62,892 nucleotides of DNA, filler included, from Choristocarpus tenellus KU-1152 (GCA_964200185.2; 9 parts of 9 records of this genome joined end to end with filler, not necessarily neighbours in it), one strand, 5' to 3'; shown: positions 12,111-26,666, counted from the first letter of the whole stretch. The notes: generated from the letters alone by a model not told the origin. A program made the numbers and translations.

Positions 12111-13491
12111 AAACGCAGGTATTGTTGGTTCTATTAGAACGGTATTGTAGGTGATTGGTTGTCATAGCACGGAACGTCCCCCTCGTACCTGACAGATGGA
12201 CAGTCAAGGAAGGGCGATGAAAATGTCAGGGTGGAAAGTGGGGGGTGACTAGGGCTAGGGTCCGGGCAATGCCAAGACAAACAATAATAGTAGTATTGAG
12301 GGATGTGAACAGAGAATTTTGCAGGGCAGTTCATCTTATTGGTGTCATTACCTTTTTGTAAAATATTGAACCTCACTATCAATGATAACAAGATTGGCAG
12401 GGCAAGGATGGCTAAGACTTGAGTGTTACTTTGTAAAACAGGTGTCCCTGATACGATGTGTCTGCCCACCTATTGAGCAATGTACCTTACACACATAGCC
12501 CTAGTGCAAGTTTCCCCTTGTGGGCTATTCAAAATATTATATTAAGCTGCAAAAACACCCAACTCTTATTCCTGTCAGTAAAACAAGCTTTCATGCATTA
12601 CTCAGACAGGGTGTTCATAATGCTACATACTGACTTGTTGAAGTATCCAGGGCACTTCGGACGACCAATACTGTATACCTTTGATGGAGTGATACTTCAC
12701 AGTAGAAGGAAGGATGTGTATTCTAACCCTATCATGGGCACAGTCATTATGGATGCAGAGCTTCAAAGCAGTCGCACTTCAAAGCAGATTTAGATGTAGG
12801 AGTAGATCGTATTGAATTTTTTCCATGAAAGAAGAAAACATATATGCACGCAGTATGGATGTGTCTAATATTGTAGATATGCTCTGGATATGTCATCCAG
12901 GCAAGGCCCTACGGTTCACTACCTCTACAATTGACTTATGAGTCATATTGCCACGTTTGCTACAAATACACAAACGCGTTGTGGGCTGACTCCGTTGTCA
13001 CCACCCAAGAATTGGAGGCTAACAAGGTGCAATATCTGGTCAGTTACATAATCTGAAGCACCGTAAGTGGCTGGAGGTTTTTAATAGGATGCCTCGGCTG
13101 TTAGCCTTTTACTTTATGAAACTATAAAACGATCAAAATACACCTTCTGAGCAAGCAAAGCCATATACTATCTTTGAGTAGGTCTTGGATGAACTCAACA
13201 AGTCAGTAAACGCGATAGTTGGGAGCACAATCAGATATCCTCACCCCAAGGACGGCACTGACGGTTCGTTTTTGAAGGGAACTACTTCAAAGTAATGGCA
13301 TAGAATAAATCCCCACTAGGGGGTGCACAATACAATACGCATTCCACACATCCTTGGGGCTTCTTAAGGCACGATAATAGCCATGACATACCGTTTATGA
13401 CATACCGTTTCCAATGCTAAGTACTATTCTTGGCATTTCACGGTACACACAAAAGAGCACTAGGATATGATAGTTGCTGTAACAAACAATG

Positions 13492-16400
13492 CTAAGGCAA
13501 GGATGATGGGAGGAAATGCGGTAATACTGATAATAGTAGACATCTACACGTGGTGTGCCCCACCAGCAATTTACAAGAGTTGGAAGAGAGGAAACAAGAT
13601 ACCATACATTTGTGCTGTGGGGTCAGATGGGGAAGATCGAGGATTTCTGGGGAACCAAGGATGAAGGGATTGGGGGGGGGGGTAAATTCCCACCAGGCAT
13701 GGGCAGGGGATGTAGCATTCTTGTGAAGGTATTCATGAACCATTCCCTGCGCTCCACGCATACGAGCAAGATCATTCTCCAATGTATGGGCAAAGCGAGT
13801 CTTTACCTGTGCAGGGATATCAACAATGGAGAGGTCATGACGATGGAGCAACAAAAGGCGAACTGAGGTGGACTGGGGGATGTTTAGGGGAATAGGCTGT
13901 ATGTGTACAGCAGAATTAGTAGCGCATTTTGAGGTCAAGAGGGGAAACACAAAAGACTCTAATGAGTTCATGGAGCTTTTTCAAAGCTATAGTTGGGTAC
14001 AAGAAACTAATGCGGACCTTAAAATATCAGTGCAAACAATTGCTTTCTCCTACTCTTTCTACTGATCTATCAGTCTATCTCGAAAATAGAAAGAAACAGA
14101 AGCTGTGATATACAAAAATGCCGTTCTTTGGCTGCCACATTGCCTCCTAACTCCAACATGAGTGAGGTGGGAATCAAGGGGTCTATTCAACAAAATATTG
14201 GAAAGCGCTTTAAAATGTGCGCTCTCAATTGCTTATTTTCCTTTGCAATGTTGCCCACACACTTGCCTACCCTCTCGGTCAACTGCAAGTCCCCAAATAA
14301 TCCCTATCCCTGGACCCATCCAGTTTCAGGAGGGAGTACCTTGCGGAACATCTGCACACCAGCTTGATAGAGAATCATGTCCATCTTTGTCAATGATTTG
14401 ATCTCTTCTATAACCTTGGGCAGCAGGGAGCAGTTAGGGAGGCAGAGTCTTTTTTTGGTTCGGTTGTGGTGCAGTGTGGGGGATAATGAAGAACTGCTCA
14501 TGCTATCTGTAATGTAGCACCACTTGTGAGAGTAAAGGACATGAAATGAGGGGGAAGAACCGAAATGTGGAGTATTACACGGTATAAACATCAAGCTGTT
14601 TGCTTGTCATTAGTGCATATTGATATTCCAATGCAATCCTCAAACTGTACCACTATGACACAGCAACTAACTCACACTACTACTAGAAATACAGCAGAGG
14701 AGAGGAGGTGGTTGAGTACCACCACCGGTAAGAATCAAATCGATTTCTTGATAGTATTATTATATCGACCTAGATGTAGAGATTAATGCAACACGGTGCA
14801 AGAAAACCCTTTAGTATATCATGTCTGAATCAAGAGAGGGGATGGAAAGAAGGGGAAAGAGCGTTGAGAAATATTTGCCCTACCTCTACTGGAATTTCTG
14901 ATATTTTTGGAACATCAACAAGGTCCTTGCCGTCATAGCGCTGTTCTCCCTTCTTTGTCTCGACCACCCTGCATGCAGCGAGTGTATAGGTTGTTTCAAG
15001 TTTGGCCTGGTAGCTGTATAGTTTTTTTCCTGCTAGTTGGACCAGTCTTGTTCTGTTCAATAAAATCTTCTTGGTGCATGGGCGGGAGGTTTATCCAGAT
15101 GTGTGTAAACCTTGGACTTCTGGTTTGTCCACCTTTGTAACATTTCGAGTTTGTCACTAAGTGTAACGATAGAGAGTGCGCATTTGAAGTGGCATATCAC
15201 CGTAGTCACACGCAAAGGCAGGGCCAGCCTAAGATGCCGAGGTACTGTAGAGCAATAATCAGGGGTCTACCCACACGGATCTAAGGTGATTGGGGTTTGC
15301 ATCTCGATTTATTTTGTTGTCTCATCCATTCCTGCCACAACTGCACTTCCCACCTCGTCAACTCCCGAATCAATGCTCCTAGCTCAGTGGGTCAACGATA
15401 GCTCTGGCCACTGAACTCTTCAACATACTCAATGCTCACCTGCAGTATGTCATATCAATAGGATCCCAGTTGAACATTCGCATGAAGAGGGCTAAGCTTT
15501 CGTCAAAGAACTCCGTTAGCAGAACCTGCAGAAATTGGAGGGAAAGGGAGAGGGGGGGAGGGGGGTTGGAGGATCAAGAAACATTGATACCAGCGAAGTT
15601 GGCCAATAAAGCACAAGGAAAAATAACACGCCAAGAGGCTTTTCTGAAGGAGTAGGAGGTTGGGGGAAGGCATATTTAGTACGCAACTAATCTTGATGAA
15701 GTCAAGAAGAAGAGTGTGCAACAATTTAGTGAGATGTGCTATAGTATGTGGGATGAAGAGTGCATGTGAGTAGCACCAGGTTATGGAGGGTGGCAGGAAA
15801 AACTGTTTCTCCCCCAAGGATCCACCCACCATCTTAAAGTGAGGTAGGGAGTCCCTGATGAACATTCCTAGCTCATCAATGGTCCTGATGCCAAACTCTG
15901 CTGAGAGAGGATTGTAGAGGATGTGGGTATTCTCCAGACCTCGATGCAGCTCAATATACTCGGCGATTGACAGCTGCGCCATCATGAGAGCCGTGGGCGG
16001 GTAAACAGACAAAGGCAAGCCAACAAATATGCAGATGCGGGAAGAAAATATCAAGGGACCGAACTGGAAAGGGCAGATTAAAGCGAGCAAGACAGCAGGT
16101 GAATCCAGTAGACTTCAAAGTGTGGCGTTGCGATTACAAAATATGCCATTCTCATCAACGGAATACTTGGTCATTACTATTATGTTTTTGCTTCATTTTC
16201 ATGACCTTTTCTCTTGTCATTCCAAAACGAGTCCGTGTAAAACCTCCGCCATTCAATCCTCTTGCTTTCCATCCCAACTCCCCAAATTCTCGGCAATATT
16301 TTTCTCTCCACTTTTCCCAAAACATTGCTGCCCTCAACGCCCTGCAATTTGTAGACAACCAAGGCCAAGTCTACCCAAGTACTGTAGCTATCAGAAAAAA

Positions 16401-19011
16401 AAGAAGTCAACCTCGTCCTTCCTCTCGCAGTCTCTCAAAGCAAACTCCAGTGGGGCACTGCTCACCCCATTGCTTGGCTGAATGAAATAGTAGTAGTACG
16501 ATAAGAAATGAGACACCGGTTCACGAAGGACAGTAACAAAGTTGATCCGAGATGGATCAGTCATAATTTGTGCATAGCTCTCCTCTGCCTCGGCCCAGGT
16601 TCCCTTATAGTAGCCGTTCCAGGCGTAGTGATAGTGCATTAGATCTACTCGGCGACCGGACTTTGTGACCTGTGGTGTAGGGCACCACAACAAGAGGCGG
16701 ACGAGGTCAGATTGAAATGTTTTGTGTCTGTTGGTAAGTCAAGAGCAATGGATTATTCCCGCAAGAGAGGGGTACTTGTGCGGTCTTTCTTCTTTGCTGC
16801 CAGTTGAGGACATGTTATTAATGTTTTTCGTGTTATTCATGTTCTTCATGCATTCGTGTTTTTCATTCCGGAGTAGGAATGTGCAAGGCAAGAAATCCTC
16901 GCCCCCCCTACCACATTCAAACACACACAAAGGCAGCCACATGCACATGCTCATACAAAGCACCCTCAACAGCGGGTGTTGATGTGTGGTTCTTCCTGTT
17001 GTCTACTTGTTAAGGAAATTGATTGGGCAAGGAAGAAATGGTGGGGAGAGAATAGGTAATTGGCGTTTTCTCCCACCTCTTTGCTTTGGTGTTTCTTCAG
17101 GACTAATGAGCAAGCTGGAAGACAAAGCATGTAGCACTCACTATAAGAGAAAGAGCATTGATAATAAATCGTGCATGTGGCTTGTCATTACAAAAAACTC
17201 AAAAACGCTGGTAAGGCACTGAACTAGGCGTTTGTCACAATTGCAATGAAATCTGCTTCTCCTTTCTAAATGCATTCAATTGCATTGTTTTGCATGTCTG
17301 TATCAGCATTTCTTGACACACACTGATACAACTCTACATGCTTCAACCAGGGACTGTTGAGCTGACTATACTTGGAGAAAGCAAGCAAAAAAAGAAAAGA
17401 TGGCGGAACAGATAATCCAAAAATGAATAATGAATTAAGACAAATTTACCTGCTCAACTGCCTCCTCAAGGGGTATGGTTGTGTGATGATCAGTGAAGTT
17501 TGCAATAACAAAATCATGCCGTTTGGCATAGCGGTACAGGATTGTAGCCATGGTGGTAGATGCTGTCTTGTGGGTCTTCACAAACGCGATGTTGCATGTC
17601 TGTGATTGAGTTGGTTGGGCACCATGATTTGTGAGGTCAAACACACACTGTATCCAATGAAATGTTGCATATCTGTGGATAAACTAAATTGACGTCAATG
17701 ACGAATAAATCCCAAAAGTACTGTGATCGGAAGATGGTTTGTGCTGTGCCCCTCGTCTTGGTCATGCTATTTTGCTGTGAATACACCAACCTCTTGCTCC
17801 TCCAATGATCATATTGCAGCAGTATAATTTTCCTTGCTCAAGTTAGCACATTTTAACCTTATCTCTACTACTCCTTTACTAAGTACACTAGTTGCATGTG
17901 GTGACAACTGTAATGAAGACGGACAAAGCAGGTGCTGTGTAAGACAAAACCATACCTGGGTTTGGCTGACACTAGCAGAGGAATCAACAAGGTGGTTCAG
18001 AAAATCTCGCAAAGATCCTTCTCCTCTCCACATGGCTGAGTAGGCATCACTCCCTGCTTGCTTCTTGAAATGTCTTTTATAGGGAGCCCTACCGTCTGTC
18101 CCCTCCCATCCCTTAATCTTTTCTTGCAGCTCAGCATCTCTCGCCACCCGTGCCTCCTCCTCCATTTCCTCTTCCCAGTCCTCCTGATCTTCCTCACTCC
18201 TCCACTGCTCTATTCGTTCCCGTTTCAAATCTTCATCAGCCTCAGGCATGGACAAAACAGGCCAATACCCTGCCTTACCCGCATTGACTTTCGTGGGGGC
18301 TTCTGTTGCCTCGCCAAGTATTTCAATCATGGACCTAACACCATTTCTATCGTTATCGAGTTTCTCCTCAAGATGAAACTGCTCTGAAGGTACGTGATCC
18401 TGGTCCCGAAGCCCTCTTCCAGGATGCCTACGCCCATTGACTCTCAGGTGCGGTGTTGTGAGTGGCAAAGAGTCTATGTGAAGGTCGCCTGAGGGGTGAT
18501 TGGGAGGAGGGCAAAATATATTTTGTTATCTTGACTAAACAAAGTGCTGCAAGTTACGTGGATGGCAATGCATCTAGGATTCAAATATGTTGGGTAGGTC
18601 CTACAAGATTTACAATTGTTGGAACTCAGTCTGTCAGGGTTCTGGCAGCTTGAGAGCGGATATGTCACTGGAATCGTGGGTGGTGCTGCGTATACTGTGG
18701 TAGATCTTGTGAAATGTGTTAGAATATGGAAGGATATCGTTGCTCTTTTGTCAGGAACGGATTACACAAAGTCACACCGATTAATAATCAAATTACGGCA
18801 CCCTGACCCAGCTATGCCATAGTAAGTTCTCGAGGAGCACAGCTTGGCTACCTGGAGATTGGCTCCTCTCGCTGTTTATCCCGAGTACATGGTCGACCCC
18901 ACAGACCGAGATAGACGAGAGAGACGGAATAGCCACCCAGCAGAGGGACGTGAGAACGGTAGCGTCGATTACTCTACGGATCGGCCGAGACCTGAGAAGG
19001 TCGGCCCGCAT
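13492..19011 (-). CDS. Galactose-3-O-sulfotransferase (GAL3ST)-family Golgi-type sulfotransferase, 9 exons
   Basis: Phase-consistent GT-AG exons: 19011-18852, 18473-17956, 17599-17450, 16669-16466, 15973-15830, 15525-15440, 14968-14884, 14414-14340, 13806-(13492; 3' end uncertain). Motifs: 5'-PSB IAFVKTHKTASTT, 3'-PB FVTVLREPVSHFLSYYYY, VLLTEFFDESL, DMILY. Exon 1 carries a hydrophobic anchor-like segment and is less certain. Confidence 0.88.
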
Positions 19012-19719
19012 CGTGCCTTTCTCGTTCCCTTGTCGAGGTGGCCGCTTGATCTAGACAACTATCCCAGTTCTTCTGGTTAGTCAGTGAACGGATATTTGGA
19101 CAATATGCCTGGGGCAGTGAGGCGAGGCAAACGTGTCAGATGCTGGTTGGTTTGCGCAATACTTCGCGCGACATGATACCGCAGATACGAAACTAGCTCG
19201 AAGCAAGATCGCAGACAGAAGTTCTTGAACGAGTGCTCTGCTTGAAGTACGCAAGAAGAATCTGCGGGCATAGAGTATTGACAACTCCAATGACCCACCA
19301 ATCAGTGAAGGGCTTCCCTGAAAATGAAGACCTGAGCCGCAATTCCCTGGTCACTCTTCGTTAGGGCTGACTTGTTAGGGATCTGTGGGTGCACTCACCG
19401 ACAAGGGCAAAATGGTTCTGCCTTCTATACATCCTGATCGTCGGTTTCAGATCTTCCCGACTTCACTAAATACTTCGAAGATACCTAACACTAAACACAT
19501 TCCACCTTTCTTCCATACATATATCACCAATCAATAACAATGACCAATCGTCTACAAAGAGGCCAATACCAAGGCCAGACCCATCCCCGCATCACACGTG
19601 ACAACGATGCCGTCATGTGTTTGCGTTCATTTCCCCACGACTCGAATATCGCTTCGAATCTATCTACCAGTAAAATACTCCGAAGTATTCCTGTTATTGT
19701 CATATTTCTAGCATCTCCA

Positions 19720-19831
19720 TATGAATCGTTTGATTCTGTGGCGGCGTAGTTCACTCAGAAGGGTGGTGAAGAGAATCACAGAGCGAGACGGACCCGGACC
19801 AAGACGAACTGTATCCGAGAGGACGAGGATC
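19720..19831 (-). mobile_element. Fragment of the LTR family seen at 37221 and 52537 (3' end, no tRNA attached)
   Basis: TATGAATCGTTTGATTCTGTGGCGGCGTAGTTCACTCAGAAGGGTGGTGAAGAGAATCAC matches 37221-37284 and 52537-52600. Confidence 0.8.
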
Positions 19832-19995
19832 TTCCATGAGAATGAATCCATGGAATCTCTTCAAGAGACCAGTTCCACACATATTGCACTGGTCTTCATT
19901 CAGAGTTGTCAAATATGCAAGATTCACTTCGTTTTCACTTCTTGACCTTTCTGATGATCCTCTCTCACTAGATCCTCAGTCTGTCTGTCCCTATA

Positions 19996-20312
19996 GTTTT
20001 TGTACAACGCAAGTGGCACTGTCCAGACATGTCATGCGTTTTAAACTGGGATCACCAGAGAGATGGGCAAGGAGGGTTTTGTTGAATTCTTGGGATGTCT
20101 CCCTAGCTCCTCACGCAAGGGTGCAGGAACACGTAGATTGGAGGCACAGAAAGGCAGTGGTACAACGTGGTAGTGAAACAACAAATAGATTAGTGTTTCT
20201 CACATTTGTGACATATTTTACTTCTTTAGGATTTATACTGACATGTGAATAGTTTTCATTGGTTTTTCCCCTGAAACAAAATCCAAAATGTGAGAGTGCA
20301 TAATAATACACT
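19996..20312 (+). mobile_element. 3' end of CRE-like non-LTR retrotransposon
   Basis: Encodes TTQVALSRHVMRFK then 3' UTR ending ATAATAATA. Colinear with the reverse complement of 50972-51290. A short related terminus lies at 22105-22170. Confidence 0.75.
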
Positions 20313-20318
20313 CCTACG

Positions 20319-20351
<33 letters not shown>

Positions 20352-20361
20352 TATATATATT
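20319..20361. repeat. (TA)n microsatellite
   Basis: Direct reading. Confidence 0.95.
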
Positions 20362-21530
20362 ATTAATCAACTAGATATGTTTTGATGAAGTTTATGTGTT
20401 GTGTGTCACAATCCTACCTTGAAGGGTCAAGATTTTCAAGTATTTCGAAGTGCGAGCTGCAAGTAGTGGAACATTATCTGTTAGTTGCCTTGCTCAAGAG
20501 ACATGAAGGAGTCGTGTTTCAGGACAAAGTATGAGGTGAAGGGAGGGAAACACAACAGTGACACCAACGTAAATATAAGTTTGCTTGCCTGCGCCACACC
20601 ACCACCAACTAACCTACCATCATCTGTACTCTCAAATAGATACATGGTGGTAGGCATGCATGAGAGAGAGTCATGAGGACTCGGCCATTCATCCTACAAC
20701 CAGCATCTCCATTTCCCGCTCACTCACAGGTTATCCTTCACCAAGGAAAGGTGTCCATGCACCTCTACGTGAGCGACAACAGGCATCATCATCGATAAGC
20801 TTGTTGATTGAACATACCCGTGGTGTCGCACGATTACTACGATCAAGATTCTAACTTGTATCACCCTTCTCCTTGACTGTGGCAGACAGTGTGCTGAAAG
20901 GTATGATGCTGGAGTACCTTGGATCTTTTTTGTGGGTTGTCAAGGTCAAAAAAGGAGAGACATGCTCAGTCGAAGTTGGTGCTCCTCGTCTACCAGAGCC
21001 AACAGCAAAAGAGGGGTCAGTCTCTTAGCTCCATTAGGGTATTATACATTCTCGACTCTGAAATCTCCTGTATGAGACCCCATTCCTAAATTGATAATAC
21101 CTTGAAATGCACAATACCTACCCCCCCTTAAGAGGCTGTGACAGACTGTACACGAGAAGACAAATATTTGTCTACACATACAAATGAGAGTAAAGTTACC
21201 CTATAGCGCAGCAGAACCCCTTGTACCAGAAGGGGATCATGAGTGCCTAAAATACTCATCGACTCCCTCTGAGATAAGATACCTCAAGGACCATGATCAG
21301 ACTATGTGCACGTGTTGCTTGGGGGAGAGACCCAGAGAGTGACTCTTCAGGGTGAGACTTCAAGAGCGCCAAAGTTCACACCAACCACCGGACAAATTCG
21401 GAGGAATCACCTGAATAACTAGAGATGCAATACACTTAATTTCCAACTGATAACATGGAAAAGAAGCAATTGTTGAAATCGATGACAAAGAAACGTGACA
21501 ATAACTAAAAGCTGCATCATAAATAGCTAC

Positions 21531-21762
21531 GAGCGAAAGTATGTTAGAGGGTAGAGCCGCGTCCATTTGGGGACACAATCCAATGTTGCCATTTTGATGT
21601 AATTTTGGCCATGGTGTTTGTTAGGAAGTGTCAACATCCTTGTTCCGGATACACATTTCATGACGTACACATTTTACCTACTCCGAGATATTTGGGAGTA
21701 GGAAAATGTCATAAAAAAAAACCATGGGAAGCCAAGCCCCAAATGGACAAACAAGGCAAAAC
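21531..21762. mobile_element. MITE family A, truncated by gap
   Basis: GAGCGAAAGTATGTTAGAGGGTAGAGCCGCGTCCATTTGG...GGACAAACAAGGCAAAAC then N-run. Confidence 0.85.
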
Positions 21763-22556
21763 NNNNNNNNNNNNNNNNNNNNNNNNNNNNNNNNNNNNNN
21801 NNNNNNTTAATTAATTAANNNNNNNNNNNNNNNNNNNNNNNNNNNNNNNNNNNNNNNNNNNNCGAGGTCGCTTCCAAATCGTTTCGGTGCCCTCCACAAG
21901 CACCGAAATAGTTTTGAACAAAATATATATCCCGCTCAAAAAGGGGCCCATAAAAAGTGCCGCAACATTTACAAAAAAAAACATATCGACACCCTATCCA
22001 GGACAATTTTGGGTCAAACCCATCCTCCATAGTATGCTCCATCCTCAATTTTGGAAATACGCTGTTTTCTGTAAAATTTCAGAGAGCATGATACTAAAAA
22101 TATTATAATGGGAATTTTCATTGGTTTTTCCTCTGACACATATGGAAAATATCAGAGGTGACAATACTATATAGATAAAACAATAGGAAGGAATAAAACA
22201 AGAGTTCCTCCACACTAACTGCTCTCTTGAATGGTTTTGTGATGATTGGAATGTAGACCTACCATTTCTAGTTTTGTTTCATGTGAACAACATGAATCGA
22301 TCTGTCGTAATAAAGGCGTGTATATGACAATATTATCGGACCAATATTGATCGATAAAAATATCATCGATCGATTTTGATGTGTGTGAATTATATAATAT
22401 TGTTGAAGGACGACGACATCACCTCACTAAATTATCTACTATACAAATGACCTTTCTTTGAGATATTGATTTAGGCGGTGTCGTAATTGTATTAAGATCT
22501 ACAAATGAACAGACCAAACATCACAATGGGGTTTCATTATTGTTCCACGCAGCAAC

Positions 22557-25452
22557 ATGACAATTGCACACTTATTTACAGCGAAAGGACGGCACTGCAC
22601 TATGGGTACCCTAGGTAACGCATTCTCCAAAACCATTGGAGTATTTCGTCAACTTGGTGGAGTTCATTCGGGTACCGGTCCTCTATCTGCGGATGGCCCC
22701 ACTTCATCTTTAGCCAAGACGGAGAATATTATGCTTCGCGATGACCTTGGAAAATTCATGACAACAACACACCATCTCAAGTCGGTACCGGGCAAAAATA
22801 AGCGAGCGGCAAATCTTCTTGCGAGCGGGGCAATCGCCTTCGCGCAACATTCATTGCCCAGGTGCTAGTCTTGGAAGCAATTTTCACCCAGTGTGAGGGC
22901 AGTCCATAATGTGCTTCATCACTGATGGCACGGATCGATGATGTTCTAAGATTGAACGCTAATATATTGTGCAGGCTGGAAGTAGTGTGGGAAGGGTGCC
23001 TCGAGGTGACCAGGTGTTGGAAATAGTTCCAGTTGGTATCCTCTAAAGGAGTCTAAAAAGGTTTGCTTCTATCGAACGTCTTAGCCCTTGCAGCGCAGAA
23101 CGTAAGTTCTTTGTACTCTTTGAGCTTACTTGCTAGAACCGCAATCTCCAACCTCTCCAGTGACGAGAAGCACTCGTGCCAGGTGACGCAAAAAGACTCG
23201 GAATCAACAGCCCGAGATTGGTCCAGCAAACAGTTTTTCTTCAGGAGGGCGCAAGGAAGGAAGGCCTATTCTATCGACCTGGGTGTGAAGCATGATTGTG
23301 TTACAACAAAAACTGAAGTGAGAGGTGGAGATCAGAGAGAAGAGACTGTGAACATCGCTAAAGCGAAGGAGGTCGGGGGCGAGCTAGAGCAAAAGACAAA
23401 GCCTACGACATGCGCAGATAGGCCAGGGCAAGTGCTATTGGAGGGAATGGTCGCAAGGCCTATCTGGGCAGTGGATGAAAGTTGTCGACCTTCAACTGTT
23501 CCTTCTAGGCGCCGGCATAGCATAATGGGCATACCCTGGAGTCGTTCAGGACAGGCCACACAGATGAAAGGTGATCTAATATTCCTAGGTGGGCAATGTC
23601 CTGTTCGAGAGAGGCTCGGCAAAGACTTGGGTGTCCCTCCAGCTAGCTCTGGAGAGAAGAAACATAGATATAGTAGTGAGGAGACAAGCCTGAGGAGAGA
23701 GTTGAGGCGCCTGCCAACCATTGAGACGGATGCGACTCAAACCCAATCCATGTTGCATAAGATGGCATCTTCCGTCAACGAAATGTCAAGCCTTTCTACT
23801 CCTGCGAACAGAGCTACTGTCAATGACTACACTGTTGGAAGAGGACAAAATGAGAGCATCAGGAAGGGAGGCGATAAGAGGGCTGACTTCCGGCGAGGTG
23901 TTGGTAGGAGGACTGGACCGATGCAGGAAAAGAGTAGGGAGGAGGCTGTAGTAGCACGAAATTCTGGAGAGAGTAGTAAGCAGGGTCTAGAGAAGGGGAA
24001 GAAACGCGGTACAATTCAAGGGGGCAGAAACAAGTCTGTAATGATATGGTCTGAGCTGCAATACGGAGGCTGGTCAAGACCAGGTGGTTACAATGAGTCC
24101 CAGGAGGTCAAGATAAGACCTGCAACTCGAAATGGGGCAATAAGTGGAGCAGAATGGGGAGGAGAGAGCCAGGTCAGTACTGCCCAAGTTTGTACTATTT
24201 GTCCTCCGTGGGTGATACTACCTCGAATTCTTAGTCTTGGTCTAGACTACACAGTCAATGATTGTCAACACTCTTGTCATTCCTACAATTGTTTCTTTTG
24301 GTCTGTTCCATCGCTGAGTATGACATGTATTGCATGTGCTCCTTAGCAGACTTAATGCATTTCTTAGCAGATTGCTATGAGATTCGAGGAAAAATCACTC
24401 ATGAGGCGATTTGTTTGCCAAACTTTCCGCTCAACAAGACCCTGAATTTCTCATTCATATCTATGTTGTAGAGAGTTATATCTACACACAAGGGAAGTTG
24501 TACAAGGGACAAAATATTCCAGACTTGATAGCAACAATCTCCTTTGTCAAAAGGGTGATAAAACTATTATGATGCAATTGGCTCCCCACTCTCCATCTAG
24601 TTTTCAACCCTCTTAGGCTGCTTGCACCTGCAAGACACAGAGCAGCGCAGCAGATTTCACCAAGAGCCATCAAAGCACCCACCAACACACCAAAATACTA
24701 CAACTGACTGTATCAGATAGATGCGGTGGTAAGTGCTCATGGCTGCACAGGAGGAAGACATCACGGCTTCAACCTGAACGCGAAACGCCCTGACAGCAGG
24801 GAGGCTTTTTATTTGAATCCGATGTCTACCATTGCAGGCTTTCACCCATGTGTACTGTGCTTTGATGCTCTCATGTGCCATCTAGTTGGTAAGTAAAATA
24901 TGTCAAGCTGGGAGGAGAGGGAATGCTATTGATCCCACCGCAAACTTGATGGCATGTCCAAGGCCAGCAGTGAATAGGAAGTCATGTGCAGGAATCTCTA
25001 TTCTACCCTGTAGTCCCAAGCACTGTGATTGAAGCACTATGTCATTTGTTTGCTCTCTACTTTATTATGAGCTCTCTATTCGTACTAGTCCACTCTAATA
25101 ACCTCTTCGCCTCAACTCTATCCCTATCCCACCCTGAACCTGAATCCGGATCCTAACTTTGGCTATTGTCACACGTAATAAGGAGAGATCACTAGCATGA
25201 GGCATAAATCTCTTGGTCCTTTCACACCCCTTTGGCTGTGGATCATGAATCCACCAGCCACAAAGCCATGATTTCCAATCTTTCATCGAGTTATCCCTCC
25301 CACCTCATGATCTTTTCCCTTTCGCTGATGTAACCTTACTGGGATCCACATTTTGTCTTGGTGAACGGACTAGATGGGACTGCGGGAGAAGTGCTTGGCC
25401 AAAATACGCTTAGGAAATTTCCGCTGGATGACTTGGTACCATTATTCGTGAG
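22557..25452 (+). CDS. Hypothetical multi-exon protein of unknown function
   Basis: ATG-initiated 103-aa ORF at 22557 ending near CAG|GTGC; 427-aa open frame 23063-24346 (S/R/G/E-rich, with CAG|GTCAGT near 24172); further exon-like piece at 25358-25452 ending AG|GTATGT. No family recognised and exon chain not resolved. Confidence 0.45.
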
Positions 25453-26406
25453 GTATGTGCGTGCCGTTTCACGTGGAAACCAGCCACCTGTACGGTTGTC
25501 CCTGGACTTCTTTTTGAGAGGTAAAACCCAACGGACTGTTTTTGCAGTGGTCATTTCTTGGTTTGTAAGTTTCATACTTTTCTACCATCGAAACACTCTT
25601 TTGCTCTGAAACATACTGCTATCTGGTTAGCATCTATCAACTTGGAGGTCCTACACAGGGTGTGTTGATACAGTTGTCTCTTCAAAGTTTTCACAATCCA
25701 AAGGTATACATAGCTTCAGTAGTAATCATTGTTATTATTGGGCTATTCCAACTTTTCGATCAGGACTATAACAGGGGATTAAATTGATAAGTTGACTGAT
25801 CAACAAATGCCTAGGAAGAGGGATGGTGCAAGCTATAACAAATTCCCATCCCTAGGAGTTGAGACAATATTATTTTGCACAGACTAAACGCTTGTCCCAT
25901 GCCGTGACTTCGTTTCGATCATGGACTTGGGAAACATTGGTTGTTCCCATGTTAAGAAAGAAAAAACTGTAGAGCAAGAAAAAAAGTATGGAGGGATAGT
26001 CTACAACCATGATACATCAATGTCAGCATGCGGCCAATCCCAAGACTACCACCCACCAAACCATTCACAAGCCCACACCCAACCCTTGTTCATAGAAATA
26101 CCCATCCAAACCTTGTTGACTGTTGACTTGGAGCGAACGAAACCCGAACACATGTTCTTTCCAGCAGGTGGGAAGCACTGGATAAAGACCTTCGCAGATA
26201 CACACCCCGTGGTTTCATTGGGAGCTTTACCCCTAAGCCGTTTCGCGCTGCTCTTGCAGAGTATGCAGTTCGTGCTGCCAGCAATGACCGTAAGCTGTGG
26301 GGGTTGTACTGGACAGAGCTCCCTGATGCAAGGTACTCTGGAAAATGTATGACCTTCTATGTCACCCTCACAGGTCATACACTGTAAGCACTCTGATGGC
26401 TTGTTT

Positions 26407-26666
26407 GAGTCAAAGTAAGCAAGAGGTACCCAGAGTTTCATTTTAAGGATGCTAAAAAATATGTCCAAGATTCGGCTTTTTTTTACAAATGCATTTGGGA
26501 TCTTTTCTGAATTCTGTCAAAACGTCTTGAACGATAGAGAAATCGATGCTCTCAAGTCAAACTTGGCAACTTCATCCATGAAAATATGGGTGAATTGCAC
26601 AAGATTGAAAAACCGGCTTATAATGCTAAACGGTCAAGACCTGGGGCCTGTTGCTTACTTTGACTA
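26407..26666. mobile_element. MITE family C (~260 bp)
   Basis: TIRs GAGTCAAAGTAAGCAA...TTGCTTACTTTGACT; colinear with 43418-43675. Confidence 0.88.

Noticed and set aside
12604-12670. Alternative last exon of the sulfotransferase (WYTVLVV...)
   Set aside because: Phase-compatible but unsupported by homology; cannot be chosen over read-through to 13492 without cDNA.
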